Assembly: GCA_965153455.1 (NCBI GenBank)
Contig: OZ234493.1
Coordinates: 4,154,001 to 4,218,000, forward strand
Direction of reading: 5' to 3'
Origin: Sphagnum compactum
Lineage: Eukaryota
DNA: 64,000 nucleotides
Positions within the stretch are counted from its first letter, which is position 1; every line of letters begins with the position of its first letter. Positions 11,901-26,400 of this stretch are shown here, in pieces. A program made the translations under genes and the position numbers. The notes under the pieces are model-generated. The model was not told the DNA's origin, searched no databases, and worked only from the letters and a program-made list of their open reading frames with translations.

Positions 11901-13755
11901 GACAAGTACCTTGGTTCGACCGTCATCAACACCAATGTACAAGGGGGCCTTCTTAAATGACACACGTGCCAGATCCTCCACCTGCACCTCTCAATAGAGC
12001 AAAAATATTAGGACAGTTTGACTTTGATGTAATGCTAATAAATACCAATTTCTGGGTTCACTGCTCTCTATTTTCAATTGGTACAACGGATCACAAACGT
12101 GACAAACACACCTTTGTGGTCTGGGTGGCTGAGAAGAGAACAGTCTGACGTTCCTGCAATAGCACCACAAATGTATTAATTCCATTTTCATATGTTCTCA
12201 GACATGCTTTTCAATTACAGAGAACTAGCACTGACTAGAGTTGCAAAAAATGACCATGTTCAACAGCACCCTCCAGATTTAGGGAAGTGTGTCTCTATCC
12301 AAAAGCAGCAGATCAAGAACCTTAGGTAAGAGCCTGATAATTTGCTTCATCTCCTCCTCAAATCCTATCTCCAAGATACGATCGGCTTCATCAATGACCA
12401 GGCACTGCACAAAACCTCAGGGAAAATATATATACTAGGATGTGAATATCTCTTCCAAGAGAAAAATGCAGTGCAGAACCTTTTTTCTCTCCTCAGTTTT
12501 TTTCCTGGCTGGGCCAACAATGATCACTGGTGATCACAGATTTCATAGAATGTTATGCACCACCTGCCTTAAGTCTACACAGAGCTGTATAAGGCACACA
12601 CAACAATCAAAGAAATTTGCCTTGGAAAGATGATGTGAAGCTTTGAGGAGGACTTGAAGATGACCAACCTTCAGATTCTTGAAAAGAAAACCCTTCGTGT
12701 TTTGAAGGTGATCCAAGAGGCGCCCCGGAGTAGCTACTAGAAAATTCACTCCTTTGGCCAGTTTCTCAGCCTCTGTTCGCCTGTTGGCTCCCCCCATAAC
12801 AATGCCATGTGTTTGCTTATGGTACTTCAGAATATCTCTCGCAACACCATATATCTGCAACCACATCATCTTACAACATGTTAAATGGAGATCTGTGGAA
12901 TGAACAAGAGATTCAATGAAAGCACCAAAACCCACCATATGTCTCAAAAGCAGCAGCAGCAGATGGAAATAACTGGAAGATGACATATCATGAGTTTCAA
13001 GCAAGGAAGGAAGAAGCTCACCTGCATGGCAAGCTCTCGTGTGGGTGAAATGATAAGGACGCCAGTACCATTGCGAGGCATGAAGTGTGCATGGAAAAGC
13101 AGCTCTGCCGCTGGTACCACAAAAGCTAGGGTTTTACCAGACCCTGTTCTTGCAGCTCCCAACACATCACGTCCTGTCAACAGCTGAGGAATTGACCTTG
13201 CCTGGATCTGCAGAAACAAAAACAACTCCCATCATGCGCTCTGCAAATCAGGCCTAAGGAGGGGTGGGTGTCAATACAATCCCTCCCTCCCTAGCTAGGG
13301 TTTCTTTCTTTCACCTGACGGCTCTTTGCAAAAGCGAAACCCTAATCAGCAGCTCTAGCTGCCAAAAATTCTTCTTCCATTACCTCAGTCATGTGAGTGA
13401 ATCCAGTGTCGCGAATTGCATTCATCGTGGGCTCAGAAACAGGCAAAGTCTCGAAAGCCGTGTTGCTCATGATCCCTCCCACTTGTGCAGTCCCACCATC
13501 TAGCATCTCCATCTCAAACTTCATCTTCTTCCTCTTCTTGTTCTTCTTCTCTTCTCCAGCAGCAGCAGGAGACTCCTCTTCTCCTTGTTCTTCTTCCACC
13601 TCAGAGACCGGCACAGCCTCCACAACGTCCGTATTGTTCGTCACATCACTGACTTGGCCCGCGTCTCCATCCGAGATCTCAGCCTCGACCTTCATCTGCT
13701 TCCGCTTCTTGCCACCAGCAGCAACCATCTTCTTCTGCGACATTGTCGACTTCAT
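8983..13755 (-). CDS. HAS1: DEAD-box ATP-dependent RNA helicase, HAS1/DDX18 family (Arabidopsis RH27/RH51-like), ribosome biogenesis
   Basis: 13 exons, all with GT-AG introns: 13755-13384, 13207-13022, 12854-12669, 12404-12321, 12153-12112, 11981-11910, 11170-11072, 10842-10642, 10397-10359, 10243-10139, 9897-9829, 9529-9404, 9186-8983. Motifs: Q motif (GFTHMTEIQ), [46 protein letters not shown], and the Has1-type C-terminus ([24 protein letters not shown]). Alternative start at 13743. Confidence 0.95.
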
Positions 13756-14009
13756 CCTCCCTTCCTTCCTTCCTTCCTTCCTGTGTGCTTGCTTGCAACT
13801 AACCCAAATTGCTGAACAAAGGATCAGAAAACGAGCACATTCTCTGCCAGTTCACTTTGCACTTCAAAACAGCATTGCAAGCATCCTCGATTCTCGCACA
13901 AATCTCCCAACAATCTCGCGGAGCTCTGAAGGAAATCCGAGGCAAGCCGCGAAGCTCGTGAAGCCGAAGAGCTTCGGACAGGGCTTCCCTCTCTCCCTCC
14001 CTTCAGCGT

Positions 14010-14095
14010 TAGGCTTAGGGTTTTGGGTTCAGGGTTTTTAGGGTTTCATGTTTAGGGTTTATAGGTCAGGATTTCGGGCAAGGGTTTAGGGTTTT
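14010..14095 (-). promoter_or_regulatory. Cluster of telo-boxes (AAACCCTA on the gene strand) upstream of the helicase
   Basis: Several TAGGGTTT motifs lie about 260-340 bp upstream of the ATG. Telo-boxes are typical of plant ribosome-biogenesis and translation gene promoters. Confidence 0.6.
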
Positions 14096-15899
14096 GTAAA
14101 ATCATATTTTGTGGGTTTAGGAAAAAATAATAAAATCTGGTAATTTTAGATCAACTGTCCTATTGCTGCCACGTCCTCAACAGAGATTTTTGTTTAATTA
14201 TGTAGTTTTATATAAAATACTCTCTTAAAATGTAGTTGAGTACATATTGGTATTTTATGGGGCTATAAATATTAATAAAATACAAAAAATATAAATAAAA
14301 ATATCCAATTGCTACCAAGTCCTCATATGAGATTTTTTTGTGAAAATTATATAGTTTTACATAAAATGTAGGTTGTATATATAGATAGTCATAGTATTTC
14401 ATGGGTTTTAAAAAAGTAATGGAAATCTGAGAATTTTAAATAAAAATATGAAATTTCTTCCACCAATGGAGAAAGAAAAAACAAAGAATTTAGAAATTTA
14501 GTATTTATTTACATTTATTTATTTAAGAATTCTACTAGCTTTCATAAATTAAAATTTGTCATCAAACCCTATTAAGTTGAAAACCATACTTTTGTTGTCA
14601 AACTTATTAATAGCATCAATCTTTATTGTCACAAAAAAAACTACTGAATCTTACTTACTTTCTTTTTTTCACCAAAACCTAGAATGAATTTTATTTTTAA
14701 AAAAAATATTGTATCTTAGCATAAGCAAAGATCAAGTGTAATTATTTTATTATATATTAAAGCAACATAGCCTTTTTCAATTGTGTTGTCAATTTGTGTG
14801 GGTTTATGTTATCAATCATCAATTTCAAACATTTTTATTTGGACATAGTATCGAGCCAAAAGTTACACAAATTACCATTTTTTATTATCAAACTTGATTT
14901 TGAAAAATAAAACATAGTTATGTGACACACGAGTGCTAAACTAGATAACATAATAATATGATAATTAATGGCCTTTTATTTGGGTAAAACGCTCTTCAAC
15001 ACCAATAAAAATGGATTAAAAAACAAAATAAGTATAGGAAATATTTTTTAAAAATATTTTTAAAATTCTTTTTTGGAACAATGTCCAATAAATATGATAT
15101 GCAAGTGTGATGTTGGGCAATATGTAGGGTTTGTGTTTTAATGACCAATTCAATAAATTTACAACAAACACCTAATTGTCTAATTCATATGTAAATTGAC
15201 CTCACTATTTTGCTTTATTCAATTCCTTTTACTATAAGACTTTATTTATTCTATTTTTGACTACACATGTCTCCTTGAATTTCTTGTAGGGTGTTAGCAA
15301 ATCGGCGTGTGGAAGCGTTGAAGAAATCGTACAATTCAAAGCCCCTGCCATTTCAGCGCCACATCCATACCCACACCAACTAACTAAGTAACTTACTGTC
15401 TCGCGCATTATGTTTTGCCATGCATTCCTGAAGTCAATATCTCAATAGAATTGAAAGATGACCCATCAACACAGAGGCAGAAGAGATTTCAGATCCGGCA
15501 ACATATCAGTGATCAAAGAAAAGAAACGAATAGAAAAAGAAGACCCAATTTATTTAAACCACGAAAGACTGAGGAGCGGTTTGAAGAACATAGACAGTCA
15601 TACACATAGGGATATCTGATATTTGTTGGCAGGAAGAAGAGGAGCATTACGAAGGGGAGCAATCTCATCCTATGTTAATTCTTCTCATGTTTTGTTTTAG
15701 CGACGGAGGAGTAGTCAAAGACCTTGCCACCTTCCATGAGCAGGACTCTTTCAGGTTGTGTCCACAGTTCTACTCTAGAATTAGTACACTGCTGCTCTCA
15801 ACTCTGAATGGTGGTCCACAGTTCTCTACTCAAAATTGAGTATGCATCTTGGAGTTTCAGAATCCAACATTCACAAAGTTAGTCTCCTCATTCACTTCC

Positions 15900-18000
15900 T
15901 CTGTTTTGGCAGCTGGAAACCCTTGAGCTCCACCAAAGCATGCATGGGGACATAAGCTCAATATGCATGTCAATCCCTCACAAGGATCCCCAATATCTTG
16001 GAAGGTTTCAGATTGGTGATTTTTCTTCGTGTTCATTTTCATCTTCTTTTGATTTCTCAAGAAATTCTTCACAAGAGATTGAGCATTGTACTTTCTGTGG
16101 GGATTTTTCTTAAATGGATTGTTAGGGTTGAAGAAGAAGCATCAAACCTTCTCTGACAAAATCCATGGAGTAACCTTCATGTAACAAGTAACTGGCACTA
16201 CTCCTTATACTGCTGCACCTTCCCCAGTGAACAAATGGTTGCTAGTTCTTTTTGTATGCTGAATTAGTTGGAGCTTGTTGCTCTGGTGTATTTTGCAGGT
16301 GATGTGTATGTGGGCTGTATATGTGGCAATGCACATTGGTAGTATATGCCCACATCATAATTGCCTAGACTTTACAAAATCCTGTTTTCCCATTCTCCAG
16401 ATCACATGATGATGATTGGATGATGTCTATGATGTCCTGGTGGTTGCTCTTCTTAACTGTCCTGGTAGTTTGTTCACATTCCGTTTTCATAGCCCAATTG
16501 ACATTTCTGGCAGCAGTGTTTCTCTTCTGATATCTTGGAACGTCTCCGGAGAACTACGAGGTGGTCCTGTCGAACAACATTAGAACATTTTCATTTTGTA
16601 TTTTGTTCCTCAATGTTGACATTGGGTAAGGGTGTGGTGGTTTGAATGGGGTGTTTCCAGATGTGAAGCTCCACCTCCCAGATGGAGGGAGCTGTGGAGC
16701 CCTGACCAGTGCATGGTTCAACAAGAAGTCGGTGTATGTCTCTTCAGTGTCGTCTGTCCATCTCAAACTCTACTATTCATTTTCAGTTCCAACTAGGCAT
16801 CACACATTTACACACAACTTGACAACAAGACAACAAGGTGCAACCTTAGCCTGCCAAGACCCTTTCAAGTTTCTCAAGAAACTTCCATGGATGACGCACT
16901 GGAGGTGTCCTGGAGCTGAGAGCAAAGCCACCAGAGACAGCAGTCTGGGGAGTCGATAGAGGAGTGCAATGATGTGTCAGGACTTGACCTTTATTGCCAT
17001 CATGTTGTTGTCATTGGGCATTATACATTTGAAAATTCTGCTTTCTGGAAGTACTGGGCACAGTTTCTGCATGTGAGAGCTCTGTTGGAATATGGAAGTT
17101 CAGCAGACCAAGATGTTGTTCCTTGAAATCAATGTTCAATTCTAGAGCCATCTTCTGCAGAGGGTTTAAAGGTTTCTCCAGGGGAAGCATTTTCCAAAAG
17201 AGGCAATTCAAGCTCTCCATCATTGTGCTTGTCTTATTATGATATTGATGATTTGCAAAGAACTAGCACCAATTTTTCAGATTTCTCTTTGAGTGGAAAG
17301 AGCCCACTTTGTTCCTGTGTGGTGATTTCATTACTGGTGTGAAGCAGCCTCATAGATGTACAACATGGTTGAGTGAAGAAACCTTCCTCAAAAGTTGAGC
17401 CAATGTAGGCAAGTGGATAGGAATCATGGCCACTTGGGTTGAAATTACTACAAGCAGTGCAAGCATTGATTTCAAACCAAAATGCTCAGAAATTGTTGAA
17501 TAGTCCAGTACAATTTTGGTCTACAACTCCTTGTTGCTTGTATAACCTTTCCTGTTTTTCCTGCCACACTTTCAGACACACATCCTGTTTTTCCCACAAC
17601 ACTTTCAGACATATATCCTGTCTTTCCCACAATGCTTTCAAACACAATATCCTGTTTCTTTTCCCACAACACAATGGTATGTTGAGTATTCCGAGTGGTT
17701 CAAGGGTATTGTGAATAGTTGCACAAACACATGGCTGTATGGTTATTTGTGGATGAGGAGTGAGTTGGGCACTACTGATCTGAACATGAACTGCAGACAT
17801 TCATGATGCTGTTGCAGTGCCCAACACATGCACTACCATGCACTTGAATCTCAGGTTCTCACTCCACTTCAACCTGCACACTTTGGGGACCCAGGTCCAA
17901 GTCATCAATTTGTTGAAAAGGGCAAGAAAAGGTGGGATTGATGAAGATCCATTGCTGGCATTGCTGTTGGAAGAATCTCCCAATGAGGTTGATTGCCTGC
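15900..18000 (-). mobile_element. Degenerate Ty3/Gypsy LTR-retrotransposon relic (integrase and possibly gag/chromodomain remnants)
   Basis: Minus-strand fragments: LPLEKPLNPLQKMALELNIDF (integrase LxPLxxPxxP..IDF), TPLSTPQT (like STAYHPQT), GNTPF and YLLHEGY (chromodomain-like). Many stops. No LTR pair was found. Confidence 0.5.
17549..17672. repeat. ~33-bp tandem repeat, about 4 copies, inside the retroelement relic
   Basis: Unit approximately tcctgtttttcccacaacactttcagacaca(ca); it translates on the minus strand as 11-aa WEKQDxCLKxL repeats. Confidence 0.8.
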
Positions 18001-18860
18001 CATGTATGTCTGAGTTACACCCTAGAATCTCCTCGAAGGAGTTAGACTGCTCTAGCCCTTACACATCTGAGGTGAGCATTCCATTTTGCTCATTCTGCTT
18101 CAGACATCTAAGTACTCTACATGTTAGTCTTTGCTATAGTGTGCCTGGTTCTTATGCATGCTTGCATATTGTCCAGTATCCATCCGGTCAGATTTCATTC
18201 AAGCTCTATGACTAGGACCTTGGTTACTTTGCCTCAAAACTTGAGGCAGCAGGTACAGATCTTTATTATGTCACTGGTTGTGCAATTCTAGCAACCACAA
18301 CAAAAAACTTGTTTACATGCAAGATTAGGGTTTGTGCTCTGTCTCTGCAAGTTGTCATGAAAGAAATCCTAATTAGGCTGAAGTAGGGACTGCTATGGGG
18401 ATTCATGAATCAGGTCCAACAAACCTTGAGAAGATGCCAAAACCCTAAACCCTTTCTTAAATTTAATTTAAATTTTAATTCATTTCTGCAAGATGATTTT
18501 TTTCCTTTTATTTTTCCCAACCTCGTATTAAAAAATGTTTGGATATATAACATTTCATTCCAAAAAAATAGTGGAAATTAATTATAGTGCGTTAAAAAAC
18601 AAAAATTTCCAAAGTCATTTTTTTTCAATTAGTTTTTTATTCAAAAACTTTCAATAATTATTTTTTTTAAATCATGATGAGATCAAAATGAAATAATATG
18701 CTTACAATGAAGATAATTGTCATCTTACTTCATCCAAAAATAAATGTAAATTCGATCTTATTTTCATCCAATTAGTATATCCCGTGTGGTAATACATGCC
18801 ACTATAATGGCTAACCATAGTAACATAATGTTAAATTATGCAACTATAGTGATGGACCTT

Positions 18861-20892
18861 CACTAGTACAAAAGTGGGGTGTAGTTCAGTAGTCTAAATC
18901 ATTATGGGACCTTAAAAGTGAAATAAATTCATTGCACTTTAGTGATTTCACCCTGATTAAATCATTTTATTATAATATCACTATGTAAACATCGTATGTC
19001 ACTACTAATTGACATAATTCACTATTATAATTTATTGTGTTAAATAGGTTTATTTTTATGTTGTTGTTTTAAATATCTTATGTTACTTTATGATATACTT
19101 TATATTATTTCAAGCTACTTTAGTTATTCTAACTTATACCCTAAGTTATTATAAGTTATTATAAGCTTTCTACTTTAAGTTATTTTAAATTAAATTATTC
19201 AACTAACTTTAGGTTATACATTAGGTTGTTTTATTTTAAGTTAATATATGTTATTTCAAATTATACTTTAGGTTATTGTAGGTTATTTTATCCTAATTAT
19301 AACAATTTAAAATAATATAAAATATAATACACTGACCTATAATAACTTAGAATAACCAATAATAGCCTATGAAAAATAATTTGGAATAACCTACAATAAA
19401 ATAACTACCAATAACCTATGATAATATAACTTATAATATAATAGTCACCAATAGTTGTAATAAAACCTAAAATAACAAAAAATAACCATCAATAGAAGAG
19501 CCACCAATAGTCATTAATAAAATAGTCATTAATAACCACCAATATAATAACCATCATTAGCCACCGAAAAAATAACCACCAATGACCTACAATAGAATAA
19601 CCAATTATAGGCACTAATAGAATAATCATCAATAGCCACCAATAACCTATTGTAATTTAACCACCAATATCCATTATATAATAACCAATAATAACCACAA
19701 ATAGTCTATGATAATTAAATCTAAAATAACCGCCAATATCCACCAATAGCAATTAATAAAATAGCTCCACCAATAACCATTAATAGCCTATGGTATTTAA
19801 CCTAAAATAAACACAAATAATCATTAATAAAATAACCACAAATAGACACCAATAAAAAGCTATTAATAGCCACCAATAAAATAGCAAAAAATAACCACCA
19901 ATAGAATGGGCATTAATAGCCATAAGGTGAAATAACCTTCAATAACCAAAAGTAATCAACAATAGCCTCACATAGTCGAAAATAGCCTAAGATGAAATAA
20001 TTTAAAATCACCAAAAATAATATATAATAGTTACAAATAACCTAAAATGAAATAATTTTGAACAATGAAAAGTAGCCCTATAATAGTTGAAAATAACCTG
20101 ACATAGGTAGTATTATTATATTAGCATAAATCTTATGCATTTATTAAACTTTTTTTTTCAAAAGGCTGGTCATTGAATGTTATTGAATAGTGATATTGAA
20201 AAAAAATTGTTCAAATGATTTTACATTTTCTAAAGGAAATGTGATTATGTATCTTATTGAAAAAACTTTTAAATTAAATTTTAATCATTTCATTTGGACA
20301 AAATCTCAATAAGATATGAATTTTCAAAGTCTATGGTTTTTGTAATGTTCAAAATAAAATATTTGATAAATATAGCGCAATGTAACACATTATCACTATG
20401 CGGTGGCTTGATGATAGGGGTGTGAATTTTCATCTTAAAGGTCAAGGGATCAAACTTCACAAATTGTGTGTTTATGGTCAATATTGGTAAATTGACTGAA
20501 TATTCTCCTATATAGTTCCCTAGGGTAGACGCCTATTTATGTTTATTATATGGCCTATGTACCTAGGTTAGGTTTTGAAGCTAACATAAGTAGTGACACA
20601 TGTCAATAATTCATAGGTTGAAAATCATGAAATTATCAATAATATTAAATATTACATTAAATATTAAATAACTTAAATTTAATTAATTTCCATGCTGCCT
20701 AGTTAATTAACTAGCAAGTGAAATAGTTTGGTAAATTTGTAGTTCATTGCATATTATTGAACCAATTCACTATCCATAATAATTAGTCCTTGTTCACTAG
20801 GGGGTTGACAAGTTTCACCATGGAAAAAATGTCCAAATTCACTCAAAATTTAGTGAAACCTAAAGTGAATTAAAACGCATTTTGGTGTAGTG
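18861..20892. mobile_element. Non-autonomous CACTA (En/Spm-type) element, ~2.0 kb
   Basis: Ends are CACTAGTACAAAA...TTTTGGTGTAGTG, with a 3-bp TSD CTT (18858-18860 and 20893-20895). It has TAGTGA/TCACTA subterminal motifs and an internal AATAACC-rich degenerate minisatellite. Confidence 0.8.
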
Positions 20893-21949
20893 CTTAAAAT
20901 AATGTACTCTTATATTATACAACTATAATTAAAATTTAAGGTTACATGGTTAACCATAGCAATGTAGTCCTAAATTATATGATTATAGTACCTAATTGTA
21001 AACATCAAATCATATTCATGTCTAGGATTCGTTGATAGTCGTAAAGGACATGGTGAAATATGGCTAAATGACTGGGCTGAATACAAAATTATAAAATGTC
21101 CTAGTCATAGATGCCATGTTTTGGAGTAGTACTAATTGTCATTTGCAACTATGTATTGTCATTTTTATAACTAGTCACCATATTTTTCAATCTATTACAA
21201 TTATTATGATTATGGTGCAAGTAATTTATGATTACCCAATTTTCCATTCTTCCATGTTTTTTTTTTTCAATTTTTCATCCAAGAAATTATAAAGAAATTG
21301 CAATTTGATTATTTCTATGTGGTGTACTTGTACATTTGATGTACATTACAATGTTTTGAAACATATTATAATATATTTATTGATTATGTTGTTGTGTACA
21401 CATTTGTCATATATTGTGGATGGGCTAAGTAAGCATGTATATAAATAGGTAATTAAATTAAGTTAATTAGTCAATAAGGAAATTAAGTACATAAGAAAAT
21501 AAAAATATTATATATTAATTATATATTATACTCAATGGTTAATTACTTTATTATTAATTACAAGTTAACAATTAATAGTTCATATTTATAATTAATAATT
21601 TTATTATCTAGTAAACATTAAATATAAAACATTGTTAATATTTAATAGGTATAACTACTATTTAATAATTATTGCAATTATTTAATAAATAATTAGATAC
21701 TAATTATTGATTATTGACTAATTTTAGTTTCATCAAAGTTTCATCATATTTTAAATTTGTCATGAAAATTTAACCAATTTTTAGTTTTGTCGATATTTAA
21801 CTAACTTTTTACTTAGCCAATGTTTAGCCAAGTTTTTGTTTAACCGACTTTTGTTTGGCAATATTTAGCCAAGATTTAATGTCATAATGCAAAAGCAATG
21901 TTGACATCAAGGTTTGAACATCAAAGTAATGATGTCATCACCAAAATGT

Positions 21950-23450
21950 TATTCTACCATCTCCAAATGTTTACACATGAAAACAAATCAAACCCATCCT
22001 TGGGTGATATTATAATCATAAAACAAGGATATTATTAAAGATACAAATTATTATCAATGCATGGTTAGAGTACAAATATGTGTCCAAAGTAAGAACAAAT
22101 CACACCTTCTCCTACCTTACATCTCCATGATTCCTACTTATAAATAATTAATTATACATGACTTAAGACCAAATTAAGAATCTATTAGCACAAAATGGAT
22201 GAAATCACTCCAAATTTCCACTCACAGATTATCATGATCTTCCATATGGCATCATAGTTACACCCTGCTTATAAATTTGTCATAGAATGTTTATAATTGC
22301 TTTGCAAAATGACCCAAGAATTATGATCTGAACAATTAGCCTTTTCCCAAAAATTTGACAACAATTAACCCAAATTATCCCTTTCAAAATCCCAACATAG
22401 GAAAAGTATTAACAAACATAACCTCAATCTCCCAAAATTGTCCCCTTGCACAAATACACCATCACTACTACAAAATGTGGGTGTAATTCATTAGTCCTTG
22501 TTCATTAGACATAGAATTCACCATTTTCCAACTAATCCCATTTATTAAAACTAGTGAATTCATTTAAAATCTAGTGAAATCACTTGGCGTATAGGGACAC
22601 CTTTTGTTGTAGTGCATGAATTGAGCCCTAACATGATATATGGTTTACCAAAAAACATGAAATTATATTCAAAGCTCTCACATCAACAAGTATTCATTAC
22701 CCTTACCGAAAGTTAAGTATATAGAACTTGAACTTGTGATGCCATGAACATATCAACTTTTACAATCCCCTAGAGCCTATATCATTAACTCCACCCATGC
22801 CACTAATAACCTATTCAACTCTAATTTTCCAACTACAAAATTTCTTATGCAATGGATATTATCAAGATCTATAACCAAACAAACTAGGGAGTTCACATTT
22901 GTGGGCATTTTTCCTGTCGATGCAACATCAACTAAAATAATCATGATGAAAAACCACCCAAACATAATAATGCAAAAGATATTTAACTTATTGAAAGTTG
23001 GTACCTTTATCCCAAACCTCCACAACTCCACTCCATCCTTGATGCCAATAGCATCCATGCACTTTGAGAAAACAAAAAGCCAACAAACCACATCCCAAAA
23101 AAATTTAAACACCATAAACAAAGGCTTATCTCCATTGCTCCTTCTCAAATCAACCACCATTCCACTAAATGATGAAAGACAACACAAGTGGTAGTTTTCA
23201 ACACTTAGACATAGATATGACTTTTCCTATTCACACAATAAACTCTAATGATATACATGACATAATTCCAACCAACAATACTAAAAATGTCACACCTCAA
23301 AATTTTGAAACTTACATGATCCCAACTTTAGAACAACATAAGATTCATTTAAAGAAAACTTTTCATTTCAATTTTCATATCAAAAGATTACCCAAGTCAT
23401 GTAGAATTTGAAACTTCAATTAGATTCATAAAAAAATTAATATTAATATT
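21950..23450 (-). mobile_element. Possible second LINE ORF2 relic, interrupted by a CACTA mini-element
   Basis: Weak echoes of pre-RT LINE motifs (GIKDGVE like KAPGxDG; GKMPTNVNSLVCLVI like GxxPxxxNxxLIxLIPK; a KAYDxVEW-like stretch near 22215-22250). Very degraded. Confidence 0.3.
22463..22614. mobile_element. 152-bp CACTA mini-element (MITE-sized)
   Basis: Imperfect TIRs CACTACTACAAAATGTG / CACCTTTTGTTGTAGTG, with a 3-bp TSD CAT (22460-22462 and 22615-22617). The left end resembles that of the 18861 element. Confidence 0.8.
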
Positions 23451-26400
23451 CCAAACAAATGGTTAAGGAAAAAGTTTCAAGAAAATAACATTTAGGTTCT
23501 TTTAATCAAGAACACAAAAGGAACATGTTTTAGGAAGCTTGTTAAACTATTAAGCTTGTGTGTCATTGATGGTATAAACATTGATATGATGATGCATGAC
23601 AACTATGTGAGTAAAAATCATTATAAGAATTCGTGTTTTTTTCTAGGAAAATTAGTAAAAACTATCCCAAAAATGAAAATGTTAAATTTGGCCAAGTAGT
23701 CACATTGGACAAGTTGACTTCAACACGTGCATTTTGACTAGGTCTTTTGGATTGGGTCACTTGGACAAAGTCTTTTTGATTGAGTTTTTTTTATTAACAA
23801 TTTAATATTTGGGCAACAAAAATCTATAATTTTCAATTATTTGAAAATAATCATGCAAAAAATTATATAATTTTATTTATTTACCTACATACTCTATCCA
23901 CCCACCCTAATAATAAATCCCCATAACAATTTATTACTTACCTACCCACCTAATAATTAATGCAATAAATAAAATTTATATAATTACTTACCTAGTCAAG
24001 CTACACTAAATGGCCCATGTTAACTAATTAAGTTAAACAACTACCTAACCTAATTAGGCTAACTAGCGGAGGTTAGTTATGCTAGTTAGGCAAGATGGGC
24101 TATCAAGGTAGTGGCTTACATTGGAAGTGTCAAGTCTTTAACCATTGTACACCACCTTCATAAGATGATTTTTTTTGAGCACATATTTTAATGAAATTGT
24201 TCAAATTTTTACACTATTTACATAGGAAAATAGGTAAAATAGTTTAGCCTAGGTAGGTGCTAGCTTACACTAGCCTAACCTATCTAGCCTATATTAAACT
24301 ATACCACATAGGTTACTTAAATTATATTATACTACATTATCTAAGTTATACTAACTTATGCTACCTAGGCTATACATAAACTATAATGGGCTAGGGTGCC
24401 TAGGCCATTATAGGCTATATTAGATTATATTAGAGGTTATATTACTTGCTAACTAAACTACGCAACAATATACCCTATTTTATTAACTTTTTACCTATTT
24501 ATCTTACCATAATTTCTTGTGTCCCAATTGCCTATCTAGGATTTCCCTATAGCCCATACGTATTTACGTAATTTATTTTTTCCAAATTTTATGACTACAT
24601 GTTTCATTTGATAGTATTCATGGTTTTTTTATTAGAAGTGTTCATGTTTTGTTCCATTTGATTCCATGTCTTATTTTATTACACCCTTGCCCTTTTTTAT
24701 TATAAATGTTCATTTTAGAAAATCATATTTGACTAAATTTCCCATCAACCAATAGTAAAAAGGTCATTTTACTTAATTGAAACAATAAAAAGAAACATGT
24801 CATTTAAACGACCAAGGGCATAAAATCAAATTGACTAAACTTTTAATGAAAATGGACAAGGTAGTCAAACTAATTGTACATCTTGAAAAACCAAAAATTC
24901 CTGTAATGAATATAGGGTTTCATATATTGGTTGTTTGGGTCAAAAATATAAACCACTTATTTTTATATTATAAGATTATGTTTACTGTCAAAATCCCAAA
25001 TAATTATTATAAGTTATGCATTAAAAGTATATATTCAATCTTTATAAAAAAAAATACTTGAGACTTTAAATATTAATTGTTAATTTAGGTTCAATTGGAA
25101 GGATGGAAAGGTTGGAACTTATATTAAAACATAATTCATATTGAAAGGTAATTGCATGTGAAGTGAGTGACACCTTTGGTTTACAACTTTTAAAGAGAAA
25201 ATAAAGAAATAACAAGGGAATTTTCTTAATGTTCTGTTATAATAGATGTATTAAAAAACATGTTATTTTTAAACATTTTTCCCCTTGTTGTAAACAAGAT
25301 CCAAATGCCTCATGACTTCACTTGTAATTGTATTTCAAATAAATACATGGTAGCAAAATTGAATGCATGGGTAAATTTTTTATTAAATTTAAGGTGATTT
25401 AAATATGTGGATATTTAAAAATCAAAAATAATAATAAGGTCCGAAAAAAAATGTTCTTTCATATAATATCCGCCAAAAAATATCATTTTTGATACACATA
25501 ATCTCAAATTTAAACATTAGATTCGTCTTTTCATGGATTGAAATAATTTATATTGTAATAAATTGCAAATGTTTTGGTTCTTGAAAGAATTTGACATGTA
25601 TTGTGAAAAAATGTGCAGTTTAGAAAAATGTGTGAATATGTGATGTTAATGATGATGATATGTAATACTTGAAAAAAACATGTTTTTTTTTCACAAATCT
25701 AACAAATTTGGGCATTTAAATTTTATGATTAGTTGACAATGTGAATTTATATATAAGTTATAAGTTTGCAATTGGATTAAAGACTCATGTCTCTTACACC
25801 TATTAATTAATATTCATCCAAAACTTGGTCTAATTGATGAAGTCGGGTTCAAAAGTTCAACAGTAATGAAGTGCATCACTATTTGAAACCCTAGATTCTA
25901 CAATTGATTGTGATTAATATAGTAGATATATGCAAATGAATCAACATTCACATAACACATCAAACTTGTTGAATTATTCACAAAAAAATCCATCTTCTTT
26001 CATTCGCATGTTTACTCTATCTAAAACTATTGCTATCGGATTACCACATAATATAAACAACTAAATGCAACATGGTGAATAAAATATTCAATATCTCTCA
26101 TCTTTGAAATATCCATTTTTGATTGATTTTCATCATTGTCATCAATCAAAATTTTCTTCATCTTCTCTCATCAACCCAAAATCAATACCCCTTTCCTATA
26201 CATACATAACAACATAATCAACATTTGCATCATTTGCTATTCCTTTCAAATCATCACAAACTTATCAAGATTCATGTCGACATGAAGGTGGGAACATTTA
26301 AAACCTTGTTAAGGTGTGTGTTGTTTATTATCTCATCTAATCATCGACCGTAGATTTTCAACCTTTTTGAAACTTGTAAGTTTTTCTTACATCTATGGAT

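Noticed and set aside
13397-14041. 214-aa plus-strand ORF
   Set aside because: It is the antisense shadow of helicase exon 1 and its leader, with low-complexity composition.
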